From: Escherichia phage NHEP1
Strand: one strand, 5' to 3'
Length of the DNA stretch: 64,000 nucleotides
Sequence record: PQ511146.1
The stretch's first letter is position 1. Every line of letters begins with the position of its first letter. The translations under genes and the position numbers were made by a program. The notes under the pieces are model-generated. The model was not told where the DNA came from, did not search any database, and worked only from the letters and a program-made list of their open reading frames with translations. Of this stretch, positions 36,221 to 47,045 are shown one piece after another.

Positions 36221-39200
36221 TTAAAGAGAGAAAGTCGCGTAGGCTCCCAGACGATACTGCTGATCACCAGGGAACATAACACCTATAGAGGCTGTCCCTA
36301 GAATCCTGCCTTCCTTTCCAGACTCCATTCTGAACCCTACCCATCCGGAACTCCTTGCAGCCTCGATGTTGTCGCTATACCCAAAAGTGGCAAGCTCGTC
36401 AACACCAGCTCCAAACAGCAACTGAAGCTGACTTCTCGGAAGCCCTATAATTTCAGGAATATATGCACCAAAGTACACCATCTGCCCTACCTTAGGACCG
36501 CTGCCGTACTCCATCGGCTTGCTTGTAGAGAAAGTCTTCATACCAGAAGTCCCTGCCGGATTAGGGTATGCCCCGTTTGTTGCTGTGCCTATCCACATTC
36601 TCCACTGAGGTGCCATCTGTCTGACAGTGAAAGATGTTGAAGACGTTTTGCGGCCTGCATCATCCGTAACTACAAACTTTATAGTGACATTACCAGGGGC
36701 TTTAAATGTTACCAATCCTGTGGTAGCATCCACTGTTGCAATGTTAGTATTACTACTTTCCCAAGTCTTTCTAATCCCTGGCACATTGGAAGGGGTAATA
36801 GAAGGTTCCTGCATCTGCAGTTTACCGCCCACAATCCCTATGCCGTTACCTGGATTATACAACGCACCAACTTCATCTACAATGTTACCTGCCTTGAGGC
36901 TGTACTTTTTAGAGAAGTTGTAAGTGCCGTTATATGCGTGTGTCCCTGAGAAGGTTACATCTGCCTTGCCGTTGGAGATGCAAACCAAAGCATACTTCCT
37001 GTCAGGCAACTGTGCCCCAGTTTCTGGGTGAGTTTTACCCACCTGGAACACGCTCGGGTCAGTAGAGTCGTGGCTATCACTAACAGAGCTTGGACCACCC
37101 ATCAACTGTGACAAGCAATTCCTTACCCATGTCCAGTTATTGTCACTGGAGAAGTCTACAGTCAAATCAAACACAACCCACTCATTTGGCTTCCACACAG
37201 GTGTTGTGATCAACTTACCAACACCCCCACCCTGAAGAGTAGGAGATTGTTCAGTGATCAGGGCAGAGTATGCCAGAGTGCCCAACTGCATAGTCTGGCT
37301 TGCTGTCCTCACTACCTTAGAATCAGCATCTGTGAAGTTGTTGATGATCTGGAATGTGCCATAAGTGTTTTTACAGGTAATTCTGGCGTTCAGTGTGTCA
37401 ATCTTCCTCACATCTGCCATAGCAGTGTTAGACACAGAGAAGTCAGAAGCTTTAGCTGAGTTTGCTGCAACAGCCGGATCAACGTTGAGGGTTGCGTTGA
37501 ACTGGCAGGCAGGAGTAACCAGCAGCTTGTTATCACCTATTTGCTTCCATGAAACACTTTGAACAGGGAGATTCCATTTAATACCTGAGAAAACTTTAGC
37601 AACCCTTGGTCCCAGAGCTCCCGTCCTGTTGTCTTTACAGCACATGGACATAGTGATCGTTGACGGGGTGGCCTGACCAAACAATTGTTGTGCTTTTGCA
37701 GAGGACATGGTGTAGAAATTGTCCTTAACAAACTCATCAGCCGCTAACGATCCGTCAGATCTCCACCATTGCACCTGGTACCCAGTCTTATCCCAGCCAC
37801 CGACCTGCTTTAAGTCCTCCCAAGAGATTTCCAAATCTCCGGTGGTAGGGTTAATTGCCGCAGTTCCTGGTGTTCCAGATGACCATATTGGGATATCGAA
37901 CCACGCTGGTTTAACAGACTGCACTGCGTTAGGTCCTATTGCAGCAGCAAGTTGTTGACCCATCAATACGCGAGCATCTTTCACCAGACCCCACTCAATC
38001 ATAGACCCAGAGTAACCCTCTTTCTTATATGCGGATGACCCATTCAAGTGAATAAGTCTACTTGTGCCGAAGTTATGTGCTCCACCGCCGTTGTCGTCTG
38101 CAAAATTGGTTATGATTCTATCCCTGATGTTTTTCCATGCCCTGCCCCCAATCTCGTAGTCATGGTCATAACATCTTTGCAGCGTTGTCCAGCAAATGAT
38201 CGCCATCCTTCTGCCGTTACTGAAGCCAAAAGCCTGATCGTTAAGCTCTCTCCACAAATAGCAGTTAGTGGTCCACATAGCTCTGTGAATGTTGAACCAG
38301 TTTATAGACTTGGCTGAGTTATCCCACTGAGTCCCAGGTAATTCAGGCCACACTGCATTAACCAGCATGTCTTCTGTTCCTGCATCAACCAAGAACCCTC
38401 TTACCTTTTTACCCATGCCTACCCTGTCTTTTGCAATCCAACTGCCAAACAATCTCAGTTTTGGACCGTAAACAACATCTTCCGGATGCTCAAAAGAGAC
38501 ATACTTCAGATATACTGTAGGGTCACCATAGGTGCCATCACAAACAGCTTTGTGCATGTTCTCGCCAAGGTCTAGACGAAGTCCTGTTACAACTTTTGAC
38601 GTGTCGGTGAATTTGTCTGTTAAATCAAATTCATACCACCACCAACCTGCACCCAACAATACCTTCTTACAACGCTGCGCATCTGTATCAGATATTCTCT
38701 TATCTCCTGAAAAAGGTGAGTCAGCAAACTGATAGTGCAGAGCAATTTCAAAAGGATGTGTGGAGGTCCCGTTTTCTGCAAGGACTTGTTTACCTATTAA
38801 GTCACACTTAATAATCATCACAACACGTTTGTACCCATTTGTTACTGGGATCTGCATAGACATAGATGTCCCGTCCATGTTTGATCTCAGCGCAGTCATG
38901 ATGATATAAGGATCAACGGCATTACCAAGAGTTTCAGGCCCTGGAATTATCTTATACTTCTTAACCTGCCCCATGATGTAATCACTGGCGTAAGTTGCAG
39001 CCTCGAAGCAAGATCCCCCGTTAGGCAGTTCCCCTGGCCCCCAGAAAAATGCGCCATAACAGTTATAAAACCACTTGTTAGGGTCGTATTTGTTCTTGAA
39101 GGTCTGAACCTCGTTGGCCTGTTTTGTCAAGAAAACCTGCGTATCTGTAAAGATTGCAGGGTTTACTCTTGACTGTCGATTAGCATACCCGGTTTGGTTA

Positions 39201-41854
39201 AACCATTGATTGCAAGAGTAATCCCTCATATAATCGTAATCAGAGTATTTGTTTGCATCCTCGTTCCAACACATGTTGAGGTTGGTGCCGCCCATGCATA
39301 CAATATATTCTTCAACGTATTTATCACTTCGAGTGGGAATTCCTATGAACCATCTGTTAACAGGCTCGTCCCAAGCGGTACGTTCATCTTTAACGCAGAT
39401 TGCAATCCAGTCATGTGTCCCTGTTTTCTTGCACACATCCCGTTTCATACCGTAGTAGAATTCTTTGGTATTTGGCTCAGGTGCGCTTATCAGGTAGCTC
39501 CACGCTTGGTCTGCATAGGTTCCGTCAGTGCGTGGGTCGTGATCAAAGGCGTACATGATGATCCTTTCCCCGCCAAGATGTTCACCAAGAGTAACTTTGA
39601 TGTTCACATCTCCGTAACCGTTGCGAACAACATCCATATTGTCAATAGAGATGCCTCTAGGGGTGTAGGCAATTTTCAGTGAGTTATCCTCACTGGTGCC
39701 CCCAAGTGTAATCCCTATGTTGTTTGTTGTCCCGTCGGCATATCTTACTGTGGCTTCCCAGCGTATTCCGAAATATCCTGCATCATGGCTGACAATTTTC
39801 AGTGTACGAGCACCTGGGTGAGGTTTTCCAGGATCAGGCCAAGGGTCTGGGTGTTCGTGGACAGTCAACGACGTTCCGTTTTGCTCGTTAACCTGCAACA
39901 TTTTACCACCTCTGCCGTTAGGGTTGAACTCCCATACGGCCTGTGTCTGCACTAAGTTGTTGTAGGTATTTCGTCTCTGATCATAAATCTCTTGGGTAAC
40001 ATCATAAGTGACTGATCCAGCATCCATTCTGTGGAGTCGGACCATATACGATGTATCTCCTTCTACCGCAGGCTGAGTCCCATTCAGCCCGAAGTATACA
40101 GTGTCATTAACATGGAACTGTTTGTTTCTACCGACAGTATGCCACTTACCGTCAGAAGGATACGCAGGAACTATGGTGTTCCAGTTCAAGGTCCTTGTCG
40201 TGTGCGTTCTGCCTGTGCCATGCTTGTCATGATAGGTTATTTTTACAGAGTACAGGCCACGTCTGTTCACATTCCTGTTATACTGAGTAACAACAACTTC
40301 GTTGGCCCCGCCGTGGTTCCAGTTGGTGGAGAATTGGTAATTTGCATCTGTAACAACCGTACCTGCAGCATTTACCAGTTCAATCTTGTCAATAATGAAC
40401 GTAGCTCCCTCTGGCTGAGGCTTCAATTTCATCTTGACCGTGTCACCAATGTAGATATTGCTAACGCTGCTAACACCGTTAACGTCAAAAATATCATCAA
40501 CACCCCAACTATCTACTGGGACATTTTTATACCAATTCTCAGGAACCTCTGTGAACCCTTGACTATTAAGTCTGCCACCAAACAGGTTATTAGAACCTGC
40601 AAAACTTCCCCTTGGGATGCCTGACCACCAAAGTTTACCATTAACAACAGTAAAGGTCCCTAAGAAACCTTCTCTGTGAATGCCTTGGAAATAAACACTC
40701 TCTGTCCAGCTAACTGGGAGGCGTTGCTCAACGTATTTAGCCGTAGCAAGGGCCTGGTAATGAACAAAATCGGCACGGGGGTTATTGTTTGCAGATTGTG
40801 CGCCAATATCGTTGCACAGGTTTCGAGAGAAGCCACGATACTGCTTAGTACCATTGTTGAAGAAAATGCCACTTGTGCCGTACCCACGAGCCATTATCAC
40901 CTCATGGGTGTAGGTTATATTCAAAGCACGCCAGGCATCATCCCCCCAAACGTTTTGACCATAAAATACGTTAACAAGTTGTTGGTCATCAGGTCTGTGC
41001 ATTCTTTGTGTTGCAACCACTGCCCCGTTCGGACCACACATGAATCCTTTCCACTCCTCATCTGCAGGAATGCCTTTCAAATCGTTGCGAGTAATCTGAG
41101 CAGGGGGCCAAACAAGGTCGTTTCTACTGTTGTTTCTCAGAAAGTCGTATCCAGCAATCCAAAAACCTCTAGGCCCACCGAAAATAACAGAGTTGTCATG
41201 CACCTCGCAGTTGATACTTGGGTTTTTCCAAGGGCCTGTTTCAGGATTTTCTGATGTTTCACCAATCTTTACAGGAGTTGCATGCTGGTTCTTATCTACA
41301 TGTAAAGATCCGTAGGTGTTGTTACCAGACCCGTACAGGTGTAAAATGCCGTCACCCTCAGCCTCTGCCATAACCCAAACAGTGTTGTTAATACCACCCA
41401 TTACCTCGATAAGGCGCTCTGGGTGGGTGTCAAGGTGCAATCCTTGAACAATCTGTTCCGGAAGAGGTGTCCACTCGTTTACGCAAACATCGTTACCACC
41501 TGCCGCAGTGGATCCGATAAGACCTGCAGTGCAACCGATGTAGAAAAACTGGTTATCAAAAGTCCGGATCACAAACGCACGGTCTGCTCTCCACACATGA
41601 TCAACATTCCAGGCCGTCTCGCTCGGGTAGTTTATAGGGTTACGATCCCCAGTGCGACACTCCCCGAACTTGTTATAGCCAGTAATATTAAGCTGACCGT
41701 CGTCAAAAAGTATAGCTAAGCTATTTACATAAGCTACTGTAGTGCTTGTACCGTCACTGTTGTCTATTGGGTATGACAGAACAGCAAGTTCCTTAACTCC
41801 ACCCCTCTTATCGAGGAAATGACGACCAAGTTTTAGCAAAGGGATTGGAAGCAT
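36221..41854 (-). CDS. giant tail fibre / adhesin-like structural protein (1877 aa)
   Basis: ATG 6 nt after GGAG; Big_2-like Ig segment near C-terminus; RCC1-like glycine-rich repeats near N-terminus; last gene of structural operon. Confidence 0.7.
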   Translation of the reverse strand: MLPIPLLKLGRHFLDKRGGVKELAVLSYPIDNSDGTSTTVAYVNSLAILFDDGQLNITGYNKFGECRTGDRNPINYPSETAWNVDHVWRADRAFVIRTFDNQFFYIGCTAGLIGSTAAGGNDVCVNEWTPLPEQIVQGLHLDTHPERLIEVMGGINNTVWVMAEAEGDGILHLYGSGNNTYGSLHVDKNQHATPVKIGETSENPETGPWKNPSINCEVHDNSVIFGGPRGFWIAGYDFLRNNSRNDLVWPPAQITRNDLKGIPADEEWKGFMCGPNGAVVATQRMHRPDDQQLVNVFYGQNVWGDDAWRALNITYTHEVIMARGYGTSGIFFNNGTKQYRGFSRNLCNDIGAQSANNNPRADFVHYQALATAKYVEQRLPVSWTESVYFQGIHREGFLGTFTVVNGKLWWSGIPRGSFAGSNNLFGGRLNSQGFTEVPENWYKNVPVDSWGVDDIFDVNGVSSVSNIYIGDTVKMKLKPQPEGATFIIDKIELVNAAGTVVTDANYQFSTNWNHGGANEVVVTQYNRNVNRRGLYSVKITYHDKHGTGRTHTTRTLNWNTIVPAYPSDGKWHTVGRNKQFHVNDTVYFGLNGTQPAVEGDTSYMVRLHRMDAGSVTYDVTQEIYDQRRNTYNNLVQTQAVWEFNPNGRGGKMLQVNEQNGTSLTVHEHPDPWPDPGKPHPGARTLKIVSHDAGYFGIRWEATVRYADGTTNNIGITLGGTSEDNSLKIAYTPRGISIDNMDVVRNGYGDVNIKVTLGEHLGGERIIMYAFDHDPRTDGTYADQAWSYLISAPEPNTKEFYYGMKRDVCKKTGTHDWIAICVKDERTAWDEPVNRWFIGIPTRSDKYVEEYIVCMGGTNLNMCWNEDANKYSDYDYMRDYSCNQWFNQTGYANRQSRVNPAIFTDTQVFLTKQANEVQTFKNKYDPNKWFYNCYGAFFWGPGELPNGGSCFEAATYASDYIMGQVKKYKIIPGPETLGNAVDPYIIMTALRSNMDGTSMSMQIPVTNGYKRVVMIIKCDLIGKQVLAENGTSTHPFEIALHYQFADSPFSGDKRISDTDAQRCKKVLLGAGWWWYEFDLTDKFTDTSKVVTGLRLDLGENMHKAVCDGTYGDPTVYLKYVSFEHPEDVVYGPKLRLFGSWIAKDRVGMGKKVRGFLVDAGTEDMLVNAVWPELPGTQWDNSAKSINWFNIHRAMWTTNCYLWRELNDQAFGFSNGRRMAIICWTTLQRCYDHDYEIGGRAWKNIRDRIITNFADDNGGGAHNFGTSRLIHLNGSSAYKKEGYSGSMIEWGLVKDARVLMGQQLAAAIGPNAVQSVKPAWFDIPIWSSGTPGTAAINPTTGDLEISWEDLKQVGGWDKTGYQVQWWRSDGSLAADEFVKDNFYTMSSAKAQQLFGQATPSTITMSMCCKDNRTGALGPRVAKVFSGIKWNLPVQSVSWKQIGDNKLLVTPACQFNATLNVDPAVAANSAKASDFSVSNTAMADVRKIDTLNARITCKNTYGTFQIINNFTDADSKVVRTASQTMQLGTLAYSALITEQSPTLQGGGVGKLITTPVWKPNEWVVFDLTVDFSSDNNWTWVRNCLSQLMGGPSSVSDSHDSTDPSVFQVGKTHPETGAQLPDRKYALVCISNGKADVTFSGTHAYNGTYNFSKKYSLKAGNIVDEVGALYNPGNGIGIVGGKLQMQEPSITPSNVPGIRKTWESSNTNIATVDATTGLVTFKAPGNVTIKFVVTDDAGRKTSSTSFTVRQMAPQWRMWIGTATNGAYPNPAGTSGMKTFSTSKPMEYGSGPKVGQMVYFGAYIPEIIGLPRSQLQLLFGAGVDELATFGYSDNIEAARSSGWVGFRMESGKEGRILGTASIGVMFPGDQQYRLGAYATFSL

Positions 41855-41902
41855 TGTGTTCTCCAGATAAGAAAACCGCCCCGTCAGGAGCGGTCAGATA
41901 TA

Positions 41903-43648
41903 TTAACGTTGTGCAATAACCACATCCACAATATCACCAACACCACAATATGTCAATTGTAGCAAGGTGACACTGTTGGCTTTGTTGTTAATAACAGGAG
42001 TAGCCGACAGTATGGCATATTTATCGTGTAAGGTCACGTTGTGGCCTACAGCATCCTGAATGACATAGATGATTGCAGTGAACGGGTAAGGTTTATCTTC
42101 AGCCGATGTTCCAGGCCATTGCCCTATTGTAAAATCCCCTTTCGCGTGGACAACATACATATTGGCCTGCCCGTTAGGTGTCCATGTCCCACTAGATGCG
42201 TCAGCCTCCTCTAAGTCAAACTCCACCTTCCCTGCATGGAAAGCAGGGGCAGTAATAGTTTTACCAGCTTCAATTTCTTGAGAGGTGGTTATCTTGCCAC
42301 TGGAGTTAATGCCATTACAGACAAAGTTGACATTAGAGAAGTCTGGCAGCCACCCAGTCACTGTACCTGATATTTCAAGGTTGTGAAGGTAGGTGGTGCC
42401 CGTCCCTGCTGCGTTTAAACTAACATCTCCATTTACCTGCAAGTTTCTGGTAACGTTGCAGTTTTCAGAGTTTGCAGTTGTTGCAGTTAGAGTGGTGGTT
42501 GTCAGCTCGGTAATTGCACCTTTGTTGGCTGTAAGCCCTTCTCCTTCAAAAGTGGCACGCTCATTCACCCTCAGAGTATTTAAAGATATGTTCTGGACAG
42601 ATGCTGTGCCACGAATGACTATAGATCCGCCAACCTCTAAATCTCCATTGATCAGTGCATCTCCCGTGCTTTCAATATAGCTAGGGTAGATCATGGTGCC
42701 ATCTACAGAGTAGGTTATCCCTGTAACGGTGCCTGTCACCTCAAGGTTCTTAACCCTGGTGGTCCCATCAACCTGCAATGTCGGTTCGGTGGCTGCCTTC
42801 ATGGCATTACCGCGAATGTACACGTAGTCAAAAAAGTTATTACCTAGACCATCAAAATGCACATCGTTGTTATTAGCCACTGGTTTCCCAGAAGTTATAG
42901 TGTCAGCTATAGCTCTGTGAGTTGATACTTCATGAGGTTGCAGCTCTGTGCTTCTCCAGTCTGCATGCTTAGGATCGCTCCACGCAAAGGTTAGTGTAGA
43001 AGTATTTGCAGTAAGGATTAGGTTCCTGAAGCGTGCAGTAGAATCTGCTCCATTAACAGGCCCGTGTAAGGTAAGGGTGCCCCCAACTATGGTGTTGGCA
43101 AGTTCTGTAAGACCTTTTACCACCAAAGATCCTACAGTAACTTTCATCCCCTCCATGGCTTTAAATATGCTATCCACATAGTCAACAACAAACTCTGTGT
43201 TTGCTATAGATTCGGACTTATCGTCCATTGGAGGTGTAGGTACTCTCGGGTCACCTTCGAACCTTGGACTGTTAAGTTTTGCGTAGTATTTTGCCATTAC
43301 TGCAGAATCGGTATATAATCTCCAGTTCGGAGATCGTGAAGGATCTGCTGGCATCCTAACCGGGTTAGATTTTGATGCTGCTGGGGCGTACCACCACTGA
43401 GTGCCTGTATCCCCTTTAAACTCATACAACTGGTTAAAAACTGTTGTGGATGCACCATACGCCCAAGGGATTGGTGGCGTTTTAAAATAAAGGGTGTCAA
43501 GCATGGCTTTTCGTACCGTAGGGATGGTGGTCCCATCCTCTACGACAACTTCATCCACAGCGTTACCGTTGACAATCAAGTGCAAACGTTCAGAATCAAC
43601 AATTACTTGATCTACCGCCTGCTCAAAGCTTGTCATGTCTTGCGCCAT
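41903..43648 (-). CDS. tail fibre/spike protein (581 aa)
   Basis: beta-rich repetitive sequence typical of fibre shafts; position in tail module. Confidence 0.6.
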   Translation of the reverse strand: MAQDMTSFEQAVDQVIVDSERLHLIVNGNAVDEVVVEDGTTIPTVRKAMLDTLYFKTPPIPWAYGASTTVFNQLYEFKGDTGTQWWYAPAASKSNPVRMPADPSRSPNWRLYTDSAVMAKYYAKLNSPRFEGDPRVPTPPMDDKSESIANTEFVVDYVDSIFKAMEGMKVTVGSLVVKGLTELANTIVGGTLTLHGPVNGADSTARFRNLILTANTSTLTFAWSDPKHADWRSTELQPHEVSTHRAIADTITSGKPVANNNDVHFDGLGNNFFDYVYIRGNAMKAATEPTLQVDGTTRVKNLEVTGTVTGITYSVDGTMIYPSYIESTGDALINGDLEVGGSIVIRGTASVQNISLNTLRVNERATFEGEGLTANKGAITELTTTTLTATTANSENCNVTRNLQVNGDVSLNAAGTGTTYLHNLEISGTVTGWLPDFSNVNFVCNGINSSGKITTSQEIEAGKTITAPAFHAGKVEFDLEEADASSGTWTPNGQANMYVVHAKGDFTIGQWPGTSAEDKPYPFTAIIYVIQDAVGHNVTLHDKYAILSATPVINNKANSVTLLQLTYCGVGDIVDVVIAQR

Positions 43649-43657
43649 GATTTCTCC

Positions 43658-43924
43658 TTAAGCTTTTTGCTCTTCGTTTTTAACGTGGTCAGGGTGCTGG
43701 CAACCCCACCGGAGCGAGATGAATTTGCTAATAAGCTGGGGGCAAGCTACCGAAGGTGCGTATATCCACGCATACCATTCAGGAAGCGTATCATTGTACC
43801 CCATATGAATAAACACCCCAGTCATCACTGCCATGCCTATGTTTGACCATAGCTTAGATTGGGACACTTTCGTAGGGTCATCAGATGCCGCAACCAACCC
43901 CCATAAAAACTGAGTTAATTTCAT
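43658..43924 (-). CDS. small membrane protein (88 aa)
   Basis: hydrophobic segments; function not assigned. Confidence 0.45.
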   Translation of the reverse strand: MKLTQFLWGLVAASDDPTKVSQSKLWSNIGMAVMTGVFIHMGYNDTLPEWYAWIYAPSVACPQLISKFISLRWGCQHPDHVKNEEQKA

Positions 43925-43933
43925 TTACCCTCT

Positions 43934-44977
43934 TTAAGCATAAGATATGGTGATCCATTGACCGTTTACAAATTTTTGAATAGCACCAGTCCAATAGTCA
44001 CCTTGATACGGGTGTTTATAGGCGTAATTGCCGGAGCACATTACATGCCCAGGGTATACTCTTGATTCTCTGTAGGTGGTTCTGAAACGGTTTGCTATCC
44101 TTACATCTTCAACACCCCTACTAGGCATAGGGATAGTAAGGTTACCACTGCTATCTGCGCTACTACCATTTACCCTGCGGACCACGTTTCTCCCACCAAC
44201 TGTTGCATATTGACCCCTGGCGGTTTTATCGTTACAATCTACTCTTCCACCTATTTGAGCGCTGCCGCAGGATTGTTGTCCATTAACAGTGGCTCTTGGT
44301 ATCGTTACCGCATTGGCATTTGCAGAGGAGCTTTTTGCATCATTGCATTCAAGATTTCCTTGGATAGCCAGTCTTGCACGGTTGGCAGTTATAGCATTGA
44401 GCTTCATAGCCGAAAACACAGGCTGCCCACCAGAAGGTTGAAATCTCCAACGGAAACCGTCTATTTGGTGAGAAGGATCATCAAGGTCTGTGCCGTCAGC
44501 GCCACCGATGTTGTCCATAATCCAGAAATCCATCATCGTCTTGTCTGGAGTTATGGTGGTGTATATCGCCGCATTGTCTGTTGACGCAGATGCAAACTCA
44601 ATTCTTTGAAGACCTAAAGTTTGAGTCTGGATCATTGTGTCTCCAGTCTTGTCAACATAAAGGTCATCCATTTCTTCAGGCGAGTATACATTGAGAACTT
44701 GACGTGCAGCAGCTTTGTCTGGAACGTCTGCCAGATTATTAGTGACCCTTAAGAATCTATTATCCCATCCAGGGACAACATCTTCTGTTAAATGCTTTAG
44801 CCACGCAGAGAGCATGTGGAGTTCAAAGTTAACAACTTCACATGCTATCCTTTGTGTCACATCCCAACCTTTCAATCTCTCTTCTTTGTTCGGTTGAGAT
44901 TTGTTCAACTCTCCTGTATTTTCAAGCACAACATCCTGATTGGCCCAAATATCGAGAGGGATAACTGGTTTAGTCAT
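43934..44977 (-). CDS. tail fibre protein, paralog 1
   Basis: ATG 5 nt after AGGAGA; N- and C-terminal similarity (...VNGQWIT.SYA) to gene 45993..47033. Confidence 0.65.
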   Translation of the reverse strand: MTKPVIPLDIWANQDVVLENTGELNKSQPNKEERLKGWDVTQRIACEVVNFELHMLSAWLKHLTEDVVPGWDNRFLRVTNNLADVPDKAAARQVLNVYSPEEMDDLYVDKTGDTMIQTQTLGLQRIEFASASTDNAAIYTTITPDKTMMDFWIMDNIGGADGTDLDDPSHQIDGFRWRFQPSGGQPVFSAMKLNAITANRARLAIQGNLECNDAKSSSANANAVTIPRATVNGQQSCGSAQIGGRVDCNDKTARGQYATVGGRNVVRRVNGSSADSSGNLTIPMPSRGVEDVRIANRFRTTYRESRVYPGHVMCSGNYAYKHPYQGDYWTGAIQKFVNGQWITISYA

Positions 44978-45036
44978 CACGTTCTCCTGAGAAAATTCCT
45001 TAAGGACTATTTTAACACTTTAGAGAACAAAATGCA

Positions 45037-45058
45037 AGAACGGCATCCTTGCCGTTCT
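45037..45058 (-). terminator. putative terminator hairpin (9-bp stem, AGGA loop, U-rich tail)
   Basis: AGAACGGCA-ucc-UGCCGUUCU followed by UGCAUUUUGUUCUCU on minus strand. Confidence 0.45.
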
Positions 45059-45067
45059 GACCTTTGT

Positions 45068-45382
45068 TTACCTTTTACTATGCTCTACAAGCATGTGTAA
45101 AATCTTTTGTACATCAGCTCTGATACCGGAGACATCTGTCCTGACATCTTGCTTAAGGTCGTTAATATCGGCCTCTAGCTTACTTAGCCGGGTCTCAATA
45201 ATGGAATCAAGTCTATCTTTTGTAACCATGCTATTTTTCACTAAAATGAGGTCTTTCTCCAGCTCATCCAGCCTCTTGGAAATGCCTTTCCATTTGGTGT
45301 GCCACTGGTTGAAAGCCCATACACAGATCGGGACAACGGTACCCATGCAGATACCGTACAGTGCCGCCAAATCCAACTCCAC
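45068..45382 (-). CDS. small membrane protein (104 aa)
   Basis: GTG 4 nt after AAGAGGAGG; N-terminal TM helix then coiled coil. Confidence 0.5.
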   Translation of the reverse strand: MELDLAALYGICMGTVVPICVWAFNQWHTKWKGISKRLDELEKDLILVKNSMVTKDRLDSIIETRLSKLEADINDLKQDVRTDVSGIRADVQKILHMLVEHSKR

Positions 45383-45393
45383 AACACCTCCTC

Positions 45394-45978
45394 TTAGAGG
45401 GTAGGTCGTTCCGGGAAGAAAATGTCAGGGGCTTTAGATGTATCTATTTCAAGAAGTTTTACCCTGTACATTTTCAAATCTCTGATGTTGCGTTTTTGGT
45501 CATCAGTGAGATCGTATTCAAGGTCAATCATGTCTTGATAGGCACCAATTCTAGCAGTAGCCCAAGCAAGTTCTGTCTCTATGACACCCTCTGCCTGTTG
45601 AACAAAGAATTCATTGTCTGTGACAAATTCATCACCAACTAAACGCAAAGCGTCGTGGTGGAGCATAATGTTTTCTGGTACCTCTTCTTTTTTGGCGATA
45701 ACCACACGAAGACCTGGAGCAGGCCACAAGGCATCGGGTTCTTCTGTAGATGTCTTAAGAATACCCTTCTCGTCAACAAGTAGGAAGATACAACCCGGAT
45801 TTTCTTGTCGTAATGCTCGTGATTGCACATACCAATCGCCATCATCATTACGTAAAAAATATCCAGTGTATGCCGTGTAATCCTCAACCTCCTGAGGAGT
45901 CAACTCCTTGGTCTCCTTGTTGGTGTAGTATTCGCCAGATCCCGGCTGGTAAAGCTTAAACTCTTGAAGTATTTTCAT
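45394..45978 (-). CDS. tail fibre assembly (chaperone) protein
   Basis: about 190 aa directly downstream of a fibre gene; C-terminal pattern ...W...YR..L..ID..APDIFFPERP typical of Tfa proteins. Confidence 0.55.
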   Translation of the reverse strand: MKILQEFKLYQPGSGEYYTNKETKELTPQEVEDYTAYTGYFLRNDDGDWYVQSRALRQENPGCIFLLVDEKGILKTSTEEPDALWPAPGLRVVIAKKEEVPENIMLHHDALRLVGDEFVTDNEFFVQQAEGVIETELAWATARIGAYQDMIDLEYDLTDDQKRNIRDLKMYRVKLLEIDTSKAPDIFFPERPTL

Positions 45979-45992
45979 GCTAGTCCTCCGAT

Positions 45993-47033
45993 CTACGCAT
46001 AATTAACAGTGATCCATTGACCATTTACAAGTTTTTGTAAAGGACCTGCCCAGTAGGTTGAACCACGCATCTCTTTTTTATCACCAAAATGCCAACCTGT
46101 GACAACGTAGCCGTTGCGAACTGGAGATTCAGAAACACCATCAACAAGTCTTGCACCGATTCTGATATCCTGTACCCCTGTCTGCGGGATGGTGATCGTT
46201 ACATCGCCGTTACCGTTAGCCGTCACTCCATTCACAGAGCGCACCACATTTCTGTTACCGACAACACAGTGCTGGCTTCTTACAACCATACTGTCACAAC
46301 TTGCGCCGCCATTAACATATACTGACCCAGCCGTCAACTGACTAGCTACATTGCAGTTGGTGAATGTTGCTGTGCTGCTAATGGTGAGGTTATTACATCG
46401 CATGTTATCAACAACTTCAACATTGCCCACCACTTTCAACAACGCACGATTAGCCGTGATCGCGTTCAGGTACATCAGAGTGAACTCTGGGTTAATGTCC
46501 GGCTGAGTTGGCTGGAATCTCCAACGGAACGCATCTACTGTAGATGTACCACCATCATCGAACGCCCCAATATTATCACTTAACCCAAAGTCAAGAGTTG
46601 TCTTATCTGGGCCAATAGTTGTCTCTATCCAAGCCTTATCTGTCTCGGCAGCTTTAAAGTTGATACGTTGCAAACCCAATGGGCCTGTCATTGTATCACC
46701 TGTAACTTTTACATACCTGGCGTCTGCCTCTTCCTTAGTAATAATCCCAAGGTTTCTACGGGCAACAGGGATGTTTAAAAGATCACTCAAGTTATTATCA
46801 CGTACCAGATAACGCCCTTCTTGAGCGGGGATCTGCTCGTCAGCAATGTATTTTGCCCAAGTTCCGAGCATATTGAAAATATAGTTAAGTTCTTCACAGG
46901 ATGGCTTTTGACCAAGATCCCAACCTTTTCTCCACAAATCATCAATCGGGCGTAGCCTGTTCTGTCTGTGGGTGTTAGGCAGAACCTGATCCTCCTCTGC
47001 CCAAATCTCTAATGGAAAACTAGGTTTTGACAT
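45993..47033 (-). CDS. tail fibre protein, paralog 2
   Basis: paralog of gene 43934..44977; AGGAGA SD. Confidence 0.65.
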   Translation of the reverse strand: MSKPSFPLEIWAEEDQVLPNTHRQNRLRPIDDLWRKGWDLGQKPSCEELNYIFNMLGTWAKYIADEQIPAQEGRYLVRDNNLSDLLNIPVARRNLGIITKEEADARYVKVTGDTMTGPLGLQRINFKAAETDKAWIETTIGPDKTTLDFGLSDNIGAFDDGGTSTVDAFRWRFQPTQPDINPEFTLMYLNAITANRALLKVVGNVEVVDNMRCNNLTISSTATFTNCNVASQLTAGSVYVNGGASCDSMVVRSQHCVVGNRNVVRSVNGVTANGNGDVTITIPQTGVQDIRIGARLVDGVSESPVRNGYVVTGWHFGDKKEMRGSTYWAGPLQKLVNGQWITVNYA

Positions 47034-47045
47034 TTTATCTCCTGA

